From an uncultured Actinomycetes bacterium (GTDB lineage: Bacteria; Actinomycetota; Actinomycetes; S36-B12; CAIYMF01), in NCBI GenBank assembly GCA_963843975.1, contig CAWJMG010000001.1, positions 390,001 through 422,000 on the forward strand: a stretch of 32,000 nt of DNA. The letters run 5' to 3'. This document shows positions 24,152 to 31,343 of the stretch, piece by piece. Each line of letters opens with the position of its first letter. The stretch's first letter is position 1. The position numbers were made by a program, and so were the translations under genes. The notes beneath the pieces were generated by a model. The model worked only from the letters and a program-made list of their open reading frames with translations. It ran no database searches and was not told the DNA's origin.

Positions 24152-27100
24152 CTAGATCCGGCGGGCGCCCGTCACGAGGGCGGCGTCGACGTTCGGCCCC
24201 GAGACGAGCGTGGTCACGCCGCGCTGCAGCACCACCTTGGTCGAGCTCGCGATGGCGGTGTCGACCAGCAGCACCGGGCCGCCGGGGACGAGGGCGATCG
24301 CGCTGACCGGTGCCGCGGACTTGCCGAGCACCACCTGACGCGTGGCGGCCGTGCCGAGCCAGGTCGCGGCGCGGCTCGCGGTGTCGACCGCGTCGGCGCC
24401 CGTGAGGCGGCTGACCTTCGGCAGCGTGGCGGCCACGACGTCGCCGACGGCCACGGTCGATCCGATGACGACGGTGGCCGACGTGCCGATGCTGTCGAGG
24501 TACGCCGGCACCGCGGACGACGGCGAGTCGCCGCCGGGCACGACGAGCAGCGGGCCCTTCTTGGCACGTGCGGCGCCCGAGGCGACGGCGAGGGACCCGA
24601 GGTCGGTCTCGCCGACCACGATCGACACGGCGCCGTTCGCGGCTGCGAGCAGCTTGGCGGCGTTGACCGAGACGCCCGTGGCGTTCGTGCCGGTCACACG
24701 GGTCACGGTGCCGGCACCGACCGCCGTCTGCACCTCCGTGATGAGCGCGGCGGGGAGGTCGGTGGTCGTGCCGAGGGCGTAGACCGTCGTCGGCGTACGC
24801 CGAGCGAGCTCGGTCTTGGTCACGGTGGTGAGCGCGTCGGTGCCGGTGAGCAGGAGCGCCCAGCCCTTCTGCGCGGCGAGGTTTCCGGCGACGGCGACGG
24901 TCGCCGGGTCGGCGATCGGCGCGAGGACGACGGTGCTGGACGACGACTTCTGCGCGGTCCGCGCCGCGATCGTCGCGGCGTCGCCCGAGCGGACGTCGGC
25001 GATGCGGGTGACCCAGGTGCCGGGCAGCGAGAGCCGCGAGCGCAGGGACTCGCCGCTGATGGACGCCGACGTCCCGGTCGACGACCAGGCGATCGCGGTC
25101 TTCACACCCGTGCCGGTCGTGCGCGACGACAGGTCGACGCGGACGACGTCCGGAAGGCCGAACGCTGCGGCCACCTGGGCCTGGGTGCGCTCGCGGGGGA
25201 TCCACTGCGACCAGGGCACGGACGCGTCGAGGCTCCAGTGGTCGTCGACGCTCTGGGCCCAGGGCAGCGCCCCGCCCCAGACCTCGGCCGAGCTCTGGGT
25301 GCGGCCGCCCGAGGCGGCGTAGTAGAACGCGGCGATCGGCTTGCCGGCCGACAGGATCGTCTTGCCCCGCAGCACGGTCGCACCGTTGACGGTCGTGTTG
25401 GCGTACGTGGCGGCCACGGCGTCGCGCCAGTTCTGGCCCAGCGCGCCCGACTCCTTGACCCAGCCCGCGAACGTCTGGTCGTAGTAGGGGCCGCCGCCGT
25501 CGTCGACGTGGCAGAGGCAGACGCTGCGCAGGGTGCCGGCCTTGCTGAGGGCGTAGCTGCGGGCCGCGAGCACCTGGGCCTGCAGCGATGCGGCGGGCCA
25601 CGAGTTCGACACCTCGGCGATGCCGAGGAGGTACTCGTCGTGGATGCGCACCCGGTTGTTGACCTGGAACGAGCCGGCCGAGGCCGAGGCGATGGTGACC
25701 GAGCCGTAGCGGTAGCGATGGCCGTCGGAGGCGAAGCCCGCCGTGGTGCCGGCGACGTTCAGCACCGTCGCGACCTTGCCGGCGGTGCCAGGGTCGCGCG
25801 TGCCGGCCCAGCGGATGTCGACCGAGGTCGCCGTGCCCAGCGTTCGGGTGGCGGTGCCTCGGGTCTTGAGCACGGTGACGGAGGTGCCGGCCTGCAGGAC
25901 GCTGATGATGTCGGCCGACGTGCCAAGCACCGGCGCCTTGCCCGCGAGCGTGACCTCGATGCCGCCGCCGCCCGTGGCGAGCGGCTCGGCGCGGAAGACC
26001 GTCTTGGTCGCGTGGTGCAGCAGGTTCACGCGGATCGTGGCGTCGTCGCGGACAGGCGTGACGGTGGTGCCGGTGTAGTAGTGCGTGACGATCTCGGTCG
26101 CGGTCGCGCCCTCGAGCGCCATGCCGCGGGCGCCGTACTGCGACATGCCGACTCCGTGCCCGAAGCCCGCGCCGTTGAAGACGAACGCGGTGGGCACGTC
26201 GGGTGTCACGGTCGTTGCGGTCGCCGTCGACGGAGCAGGGGTGGGCGTGGGCGTGGGCGTGGGCGTGGGCGCCGGCGCGGCCGTGCGCCCGGTGATCGCG
26301 GTGACCATGGGGGTGATCGCGGTGTCGGCCCACAGGCTGACGGGCGCGATCGCGAGCACGTGCGCCGCTGCCGCCGTGCCGAGCCAGGCTGCGATGCCTC
26401 CGGTGCCGCCCGCGCCGAGCACGAGGGGTCGTCGAGCGCCTGCAGCCACCGCACGACCGTAGACCGAGCCGGTCGGAAGCACGGTGACCTTCGCTGCGGA
26501 CGGCGCCAGCGCGGCGAGCAGCGCCTGCGAGATCGCCGCCGGGTCGGCGCCCGTGACCCGCGTGCCCTTGACCGCGGTGACGACCGCGTCGGACAGCGAG
26601 GAGACCGGGCCGACGACGGTGGTGGCAGTGATGCCGAGGGTCTTCATGCCCGCGGTGGTGACGGCGGGGACGGCGGTCCGGGCCACGACGAGCAGCGGAC
26701 GCTTGAGGGAGGCGGCCGTGGCCGAGGCTGCCGTGGCGACGTCGAGCGAGGCGCCGGCGTCGAACGACACGACGACCGCGCGGGTGCTCGCGCCCATCGC
26801 CGCTGCTACGGCGGTCGCCGTGCCCGAGCGCGTGGTGCCGGCGAGCCGGACGATCGACGTGACACCGAGCGACTTCAGCTTCGTGATGACCGTGCTCGTC
26901 ACCTGCGTGGTCGAGCCGACGACGTACGCCGTCGTGGCCTTGCGGCGGGTGATCTCGCTGGCCACCGCGGCGGGCACGGTCGAGGTGCCGGTGAGCAGCA
27001 GCGGAGCGTTCTTGGCGGAGGCGAGCGGCGCGGCGATGAGCGCCTCGGGCAGGAGCGCGTCGGCGCCCGGCGCGAGCACCACCGTCTTCGCGGTGGGAGC

Positions 27101-28810
27101 GGCGATACGGCCGACGCGCACGGAGGCGGCGTAGCGCTCGGTCTCGGCGATGCGCGCGACCTGCGTGCACGGCCCGAGCGGCGACGTCGCCGTCTCGCTC
27201 ACGACCAGGGTCTTGGTGACGGGGTACGGCACGCCGCTGCCGGCAGTGGCCGACAGGACGAGGCGGTAGGTGCCGGGCGGTGCCGCGCTGCCGTCGGTAC
27301 GGCGCTGGTTCCACGTCGCGGCGAGGGTGCCGGCCGCGGCCAGGCTGCCGGTCACGGTCGTGATCGGGGTCGCCAGGCACGGCGAGAAGACCTCGAGCTT
27401 CCAGCCCACAGCACCGGTGGCCTTCGCGGTGAGCGAGACACCGGCTGCGGCGTACGGCGAGACCGACGGCGTGACGGCTGCACTCACGAGCTGCGTGCCC
27501 ATGAACGCCTTGGTCTGGGTGCGGATGCTCGGGAGGTACGACTCGAGGTACTGGCCGGGGCAGGCGGTGAGGCCGATGTCGCGGTGGCCGCTGATGACGG
27601 GCACGACCGCGGTCTCGCCGACGCCGTACTTCGACGTGCCGGCGCTGCTGTTCGAGACGAGGGTGCCCGTCGCCGCCGGGTCGGCGTGGTTCAGCGCGAG
27701 CTTCCACGCCATCAGCCGCGCGACCGCCGTGGCCATGGCCGAGCCCTCGGAGGTCGTCGGCTTGTAGACGTCGAAGTTGCCGAGGGCGGAGACGGCGAAC
27801 GTGTTCTGGTTGAAGCCGGCGGTGTGGCCGCCGAGGACGTTCTGGTCCACGCCGCCGGCGCGGCCCTCGTAGACGCGGCCGAAGCGGTCGACGAAGAAGT
27901 TGTAGGCGATGTCGCTGTAGCCGAGGCTGAGGGTGAAGTAGGCGTACAGCGCACGGACCTGGGCGGCCGCGGTGTCGGCGGTGTAGTTGTTCGTCGAGGC
28001 CGTGTGGTGGACGAACCCGACCTTGATCGGGCCGGTGTAGACCGGGCCGCCGTTGCGCAGCGACTCGTCGGCGCCCCACTGGGCGCGGGTGATGATCGAG
28101 GGCTTGAGCGGGTCGCCGGCGGCGACGGCGGTGGCTGCGGGGGTCTCGGCCGCGAGCGTGTCGGCCTCGGAGGTCTTCGGGTCCACGAGCGACACCGACG
28201 CGTCGGCCGGCAGGACTCCGCCGGGGCTGTCGACGCGCACCTGGACGCCGTCGCTGCCGCCTGCGGTGAGGAGCGGGTCGGTGCCCTGTCGGCCGCCGGC
28301 CGCGAGGTCCTCGGCGCTGCCCGGGTCGGGGCCGTGCTCGGTGCCGAGCTCGAGCTCCTGCCACGCGGTCCAGGCACCGTCCTTCTCACGGACGCGCACC
28401 TGCACAGTGGTGCCGGCGGGGGCGGGGCCCTTCCAGCTGACGGCGACGAGGGAGAACGGTGCGGTGGCGGTCGGCGGGGTGACGGCGGCGGGCTTCAGCG
28501 GGGCGACCGGGCCGGAGGTCGAGGTGCGCTGGGCCTGGATGCGGGCGGCTGCGGTCGGCTTCGGGGCGGGTGCCGCGGCGGTGCCGGTGCTCGTCGTGCT
28601 GCCGGTCCGGGTCGTCGTCGCGGCATGCGCGTGCTCGTCCGCCGGGGCCGACGACGTGGCGAGCCCGACAGGGTCGACGGCGGAGAGAGCGAGGTGGGCC
28701 ACCGTCGGCGTCACCGGCCGGATCGTCGCCTGCGGGCCCGTGATCACCGGGAGGGCGATCAGGGCGGGCACCGCGAGGACCGCGGCGAGGCTGGCGATGG
28801 CGCGACGCAT
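24152..28810 (-). CDS. secreted multi-domain peptidoglycan hydrolase: Amidase_2 + 3x CWB2 + SpoIID/LytB domain + 3x CWB2
   Basis: Track ORF of 1552 aa with a signal peptide. The amidase part reads ITRAQWGADE...GFVHHTAS...GHTAGFNQNTFAVSALGNF...ISGHRDIGLTACPG (about 27527-28099). The first CWB2-type repeats read RIAETERYAASV...VVLAPGADALLPEALIAAPLASAKNAPLLL (about 26291-27160). A PT linker follows, then the SpoIID part GFGHGVGMSQYGA...IAAFYYAASGGRT (about 25211-26188). A second CWB2 triplet lies at about 24155-25003. GGAGG lies 9 nt upstream of the ATG. Confidence 0.85.
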   Translation of the reverse strand: MRRAIASLAAVLAVPALIALPVITGPQATIRPVTPTVAHLALSAVDPVGLATSSAPADEHAHAATTTRTGSTTSTGTAAAPAPKPTAAARIQAQRTSTSGPVAPLKPAAVTPPTATAPFSLVAVSWKGPAPAGTTVQVRVREKDGAWTAWQELELGTEHGPDPGSAEDLAAGGRQGTDPLLTAGGSDGVQVRVDSPGGVLPADASVSLVDPKTSEADTLAAETPAATAVAAGDPLKPSIITRAQWGADESLRNGGPVYTGPIKVGFVHHTASTNNYTADTAAAQVRALYAYFTLSLGYSDIAYNFFVDRFGRVYEGRAGGVDQNVLGGHTAGFNQNTFAVSALGNFDVYKPTTSEGSAMATAVARLMAWKLALNHADPAATGTLVSNSSAGTSKYGVGETAVVPVISGHRDIGLTACPGQYLESYLPSIRTQTKAFMGTQLVSAAVTPSVSPYAAAGVSLTAKATGAVGWKLEVFSPCLATPITTVTGSLAAAGTLAATWNQRRTDGSAAPPGTYRLVLSATAGSGVPYPVTKTLVVSETATSPLGPCTQVARIAETERYAASVRVGRIAAPTAKTVVLAPGADALLPEALIAAPLASAKNAPLLLTGTSTVPAAVASEITRRKATTAYVVGSTTQVTSTVITKLKSLGVTSIVRLAGTTRSGTATAVAAAMGASTRAVVVSFDAGASLDVATAASATAASLKRPLLVVARTAVPAVTTAGMKTLGITATTVVGPVSSLSDAVVTAVKGTRVTGADPAAISQALLAALAPSAAKVTVLPTGSVYGRAVAAGARRPLVLGAGGTGGIAAWLGTAAAAHVLAIAPVSLWADTAITPMVTAITGRTAAPAPTPTPTPTPTPAPSTATATTVTPDVPTAFVFNGAGFGHGVGMSQYGARGMALEGATATEIVTHYYTGTTVTPVRDDATIRVNLLHHATKTVFRAEPLATGGGGIEVTLAGKAPVLGTSADIISVLQAGTSVTVLKTRGTATRTLGTATSVDIRWAGTRDPGTAGKVATVLNVAGTTAGFASDGHRYRYGSVTIASASAGSFQVNNRVRIHDEYLLGIAEVSNSWPAASLQAQVLAARSYALSKAGTLRSVCLCHVDDGGGPYYDQTFAGWVKESGALGQNWRDAVAATYANTTVNGATVLRGKTILSAGKPIAAFYYAASGGRTQSSAEVWGGALPWAQSVDDHWSLDASVPWSQWIPRERTQAQVAAAFGLPDVVRVDLSSRTTGTGVKTAIAWSSTGTSASISGESLRSRLSLPGTWVTRIADVRSGDAATIAARTAQKSSSSTVVLAPIADPATVAVAGNLAAQKGWALLLTGTDALTTVTKTELARRTPTTVYALGTTTDLPAALITEVQTAVGAGTVTRVTGTNATGVSVNAAKLLAAANGAVSIVVGETDLGSLAVASGAARAKKGPLLVVPGGDSPSSAVPAYLDSIGTSATVVIGSTVAVGDVVAATLPKVSRLTGADAVDTASRAATWLGTAATRQVVLGKSAAPVSAIALVPGGPVLLVDTAIASSTKVVLQRGVTTLVSGPNVDAALVTGARRI
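26241..26270. repeat. hexanucleotide tandem repeat (GTGGGC)x5 inside the hydrolase gene
   Basis: Five perfect copies encoding the (TP)n linker APAPTPTPTPTPTPAPS between the first CWB2 triplet and the SpoIID domain. Confidence 0.9.
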
Positions 28811-28940
28811 GAGACAGGGCCTCCGTGGGGGCGGGGGTTTCGGGCACGCGGTCGGTCGTTCCTCGCGCCTCCTGCTTCACCCATCGGGGTGATGCGTGTG
28901 ACTCTTGAGTGCTCGTGGGACTCAGGTTGGCAGTTTGTCC

Positions 28941-28957
28941 CCATTCGTCGCCATTCG
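28941..28957. repeat. direct repeat CCATTCG x2 at 10-bp phasing in the hydrolase/LCP divergent region
   Basis: ccattcgtcgccattcg (CGAATGG x2 on the minus strand). The one-helical-turn spacing is typical of sites bound by response-regulator-type proteins. Confidence 0.3.
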
Positions 28958-29008
28958 ACCGGTAACCGAACGCACACGGCCCGGGACGTCCGGGTGTCGA
29001 GGCCGACG

Positions 29009-29014
29009 TAGAAT
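29009..29014 (+). promoter_or_regulatory. -10-like TAGAAT 6 nt upstream of the LCP ATG (leaderless arrangement)
   Basis: gacgTAGAATcggctgATG, with no SD. Confidence 0.45.
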
Positions 29015-29020
29015 CGGCTG

Positions 29021-30478
29021 ATGATCCCGACCGACGACGGCAGCGCCGCGGGCAGCCCGGGGACGGCGTCCCGCATCGCGGGCCACCACGGCCACCGCAC
29101 CGCGCGCATCGCCGTGGCCGTCCTGTCCGCCGTGACCGTCGTGGCCACCCTCGGAAGCACCGTCGCCTGGGCCGGCCTCAACCAGGCCGCCGAGAACATC
29201 GCCAGGGAGCCCATCTCAGCCGGCTCCAACCGGCCCACCAAGGTGGCGCCGACCGAGCCCACCGAGTACGAGGCGCTCAACATCCTGGTCATGGGCACGG
29301 ACACCCGTACCGGCCAGGGCAACGACTTCGGCGACCCGGGCACCACGGCCTCCGGCAACGGCCACAGCGACACCACGATCCTGCTGCACGTCTCGGCCGA
29401 CCGGTCCCGTGCGTTCGCCGTGAGCATCCCCCGCGACTCCTGGGTCACCCGCCCGTCCTGCAAGGACGGCGACACCAGCACCGTGACCGGCCGGTTCAAC
29501 GAGGCCTTCGCCGCCGGCGGCCCCAGCTGCACGATCCGAGCGGTCGAGGCGCTGACCGACGTCCGCGTCGACCACTTCTTCGTCGTCGACTTCAAGGGCT
29601 TCCAGTCCGTCGTCGACTCTGTGGGCGGCGTGCCGATCTGCCTCGCCGAGGCGGTGGACGACCCGAAGAGCGGCCTCAAGCTCGACAAGGGCACGCACGT
29701 CCTCGACGGCACCCAGGCCCTCGCCTTCGCGCGGGCCCGCAAGACGCTCGGCGACGGCAGCGACCTCTCGCGCATCGACCGCCAGCAGGTGTTCCTGTCC
29801 TCCCTCATCCGCCAGGTGCAGTCCAAGAGCCTGCTGACGGACCTGCCCACCCTCTACTCGGTGCTCGACTCGGTCACCAAGTCGCTCACGGTCGACACCG
29901 GGCTCGGCACCCTCGAGGACCTCAAGAACCTCGCGCTGTCGATGCAGGGCCTCACGTCGTCGAAGGTGAAGTTCCTGACCGTGCCGTGGGTCGCCCGTCC
30001 TGACGGCGCCACGATCGAGTGGAACACCGCCAAGGCCGAGCCGATGTGGCAGGCGATGATCAACGACACCGCCTACCCGCCGTCCGCTTCGCAGCTCGAC
30101 GGCAAGCCGCTCAAGACGGCCCCGTCCGCGGTCCGGGTCAAGGTCCTCAACGGCAGCGGAGTCAACGGCCAGGCCCGCAAGGCCGCCGAGCAGCTCACCG
30201 CGCAGGGCTTCGTCGTCGTCGGCGTCGACACCGCGCCCGCCGACCTCGACACCACCTCGATCACCTACGACCCGACGTACGACGAGTCGATGCGCACCCT
30301 GGCGTTCGCGGCCTCGGCGACCGACCGCCAGTCGACTGGCAGCGGCAACGTGCTGACGCTGACGATCGGCAAGGACTGGAAGGCCATGAAGACCGTGGTC
30401 ATCAAGTCGTCCGGCTCGGGATCGGGCGGCTCGGGCGTCACGGCCAAGCCGGCCGACGAGAACGTCTGCGTCAGCTAG
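29021..30478 (+). CDS. LytR-CpsA-Psr (LCP) family glycopolymer-to-peptidoglycan ligase with LytR_C-like C-terminal domain
   Basis: Track ORF of 485 aa with an N-terminal TM anchor. The LCP core reads LNILVMGTDTR...HSDTTILLHVSADRSRAFAVSIPRDSWV...VDHFFVVDFKGFQSVVDSVGGVPI...LDGTQALAFARARK...DLSRIDRQQVFL. The C-terminal part reads VRVKVLNGSGVNGQARKAAEQL. Confidence 0.9.
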   Translation: MIPTDDGSAAGSPGTASRIAGHHGHRTARIAVAVLSAVTVVATLGSTVAWAGLNQAAENIAREPISAGSNRPTKVAPTEPTEYEALNILVMGTDTRTGQGNDFGDPGTTASGNGHSDTTILLHVSADRSRAFAVSIPRDSWVTRPSCKDGDTSTVTGRFNEAFAAGGPSCTIRAVEALTDVRVDHFFVVDFKGFQSVVDSVGGVPICLAEAVDDPKSGLKLDKGTHVLDGTQALAFARARKTLGDGSDLSRIDRQQVFLSSLIRQVQSKSLLTDLPTLYSVLDSVTKSLTVDTGLGTLEDLKNLALSMQGLTSSKVKFLTVPWVARPDGATIEWNTAKAEPMWQAMINDTAYPPSASQLDGKPLKTAPSAVRVKVLNGSGVNGQARKAAEQLTAQGFVVVGVDTAPADLDTTSITYDPTYDESMRTLAFAASATDRQSTGSGNVLTLTIGKDWKAMKTVVIKSSGSGSGGSGVTAKPADENVCVS

Positions 30479-31343
30479 CCGTTTCGGGCAGCACGGCCAC
30501 GATCTCCGGCAGCGCCTCGACGAGCGCGCTCTCCCACGACCGCATCGGCGTGAGACCGGCGGCGACCCACGCGTCGTGCCCCAGCACGGAGTACGCCGGC
30601 CGCGGTGCCGGGCGCACGAACTCCGCCGACGTCACCGGCAGCACCCGTGCGGTATCCGCGCCGACGAGCCCGAACACCCTCTGCGCCAGGCCGAACCACG
30701 TGGTCTCCCCGGACGCCGTCCCGTGATAGGTGCCCGCCGGGGCTCCGGCGTCGACCATCGCGACGACCTGCTGCGCGAGGTCGTGCGCCCAGGTGGGTTG
30801 GCCGCGCTGGTCGTCGACCACGCGCACCTCGGGCACCTTGCGCTCGAGCTCGAGCATGGTGCGGACGAAGCTCGGGCCGGCGGCGCCGTAGAGCCAGGCC
30901 GTCCGCACGATCCAGGCGGAGTCGGGCAGCGCCGCGCGCACGGCCGCCTCGCCCGCCGCCTTGGTGCGGCCGTACGCCGACCGCGGCGCGATCGGCGCGT
31001 CCTCGGCGTACGGGGCCGTGGCGGTGCCGTCGAAGACGTAGTCGGTGGAGATGTGCACGAGCGAGACTCCGGCGAGCGCGCACGAGCGCGCGAGATGCCC
31101 TGCGCCGTCTGCGTTCACAGCGGCCGAGGCGGACTCGTCGGTCTCGGCGTCGTCGACCCGGGTGTACGCCGCGCAGTTCACGACCACGTCGACGTCGCGC
31201 ACGAGGTCGTCGAACGCGCCGGGCTGCGTGATGTCTGCCTCGGCACGGGTCGGCACGAGAACCTCGCGACCGTCGAGAACGCGCACCACCTCGGTGCCGA
31301 GCAGGCCACGCCCGCCGACGACCAGCCAGCGCCGACGGCTCAC
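30471..31343 (-). CDS. rmlD: dTDP-4-dehydrorhamnose reductase
   Basis: In-frame GTG 31343 within the 480-aa track ORF (GTGA overlap with the rmlB stop). The product reads WLVVGGRGLLG...VVNCAAYTRVDDAE...HISTDYVFDG...PRSAYGRTKAAGE. Confidence 0.9.
   Translation of the reverse strand: MSRRRWLVVGGRGLLGTEVVRVLDGREVLVPTRAEADITQPGAFDDLVRDVDVVVNCAAYTRVDDAETDESASAAVNADGAGHLARSCALAGVSLVHISTDYVFDGTATAPYAEDAPIAPRSAYGRTKAAGEAAVRAALPDSAWIVRTAWLYGAAGPSFVRTMLELERKVPEVRVVDDQRGQPTWAHDLAQQVVAMVDAGAPAGTYHGTASGETTWFGLAQRVFGLVGADTARVLPVTSAEFVRPAPRPAYSVLGHDAWVAAGLTPMRSWESALVEALPEIVAVLPETAS

Noticed and set aside
26231-26278. Short regularly spaced repeats considered as a CRISPR or other non-coding array
   Set aside because: The units are 6 nt, contiguous and in-frame within a well-supported CDS (a TP linker). 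There are no spacers.
23615-29011. 1798-aa plus-strand ORF and 1466-aa minus alternate-frame ORF (23964-28364) over the hydrolase gene
   Set aside because: Both are extreme Arg/Gly/Asp/His low-complexity sequences. The 24152-28810 frame carries the amidase, SpoIID and CWB2 motifs.
28811-29020. c-di-AMP (ydaO-yuaA) riboswitch upstream of the peptidoglycan hydrolase
   Set aside because: This class is known upstream of actinobacterial wall hydrolases, and fragments resemble its motifs (GGGUGAAGC, GCGAGGAACGACC, CUGCCAACCUGAG). However, their order does not match the canonical layout as I remember it, and I could not build the pseudo-twofold fold. cmsearch with RF00379 would settle it; I do not claim it.
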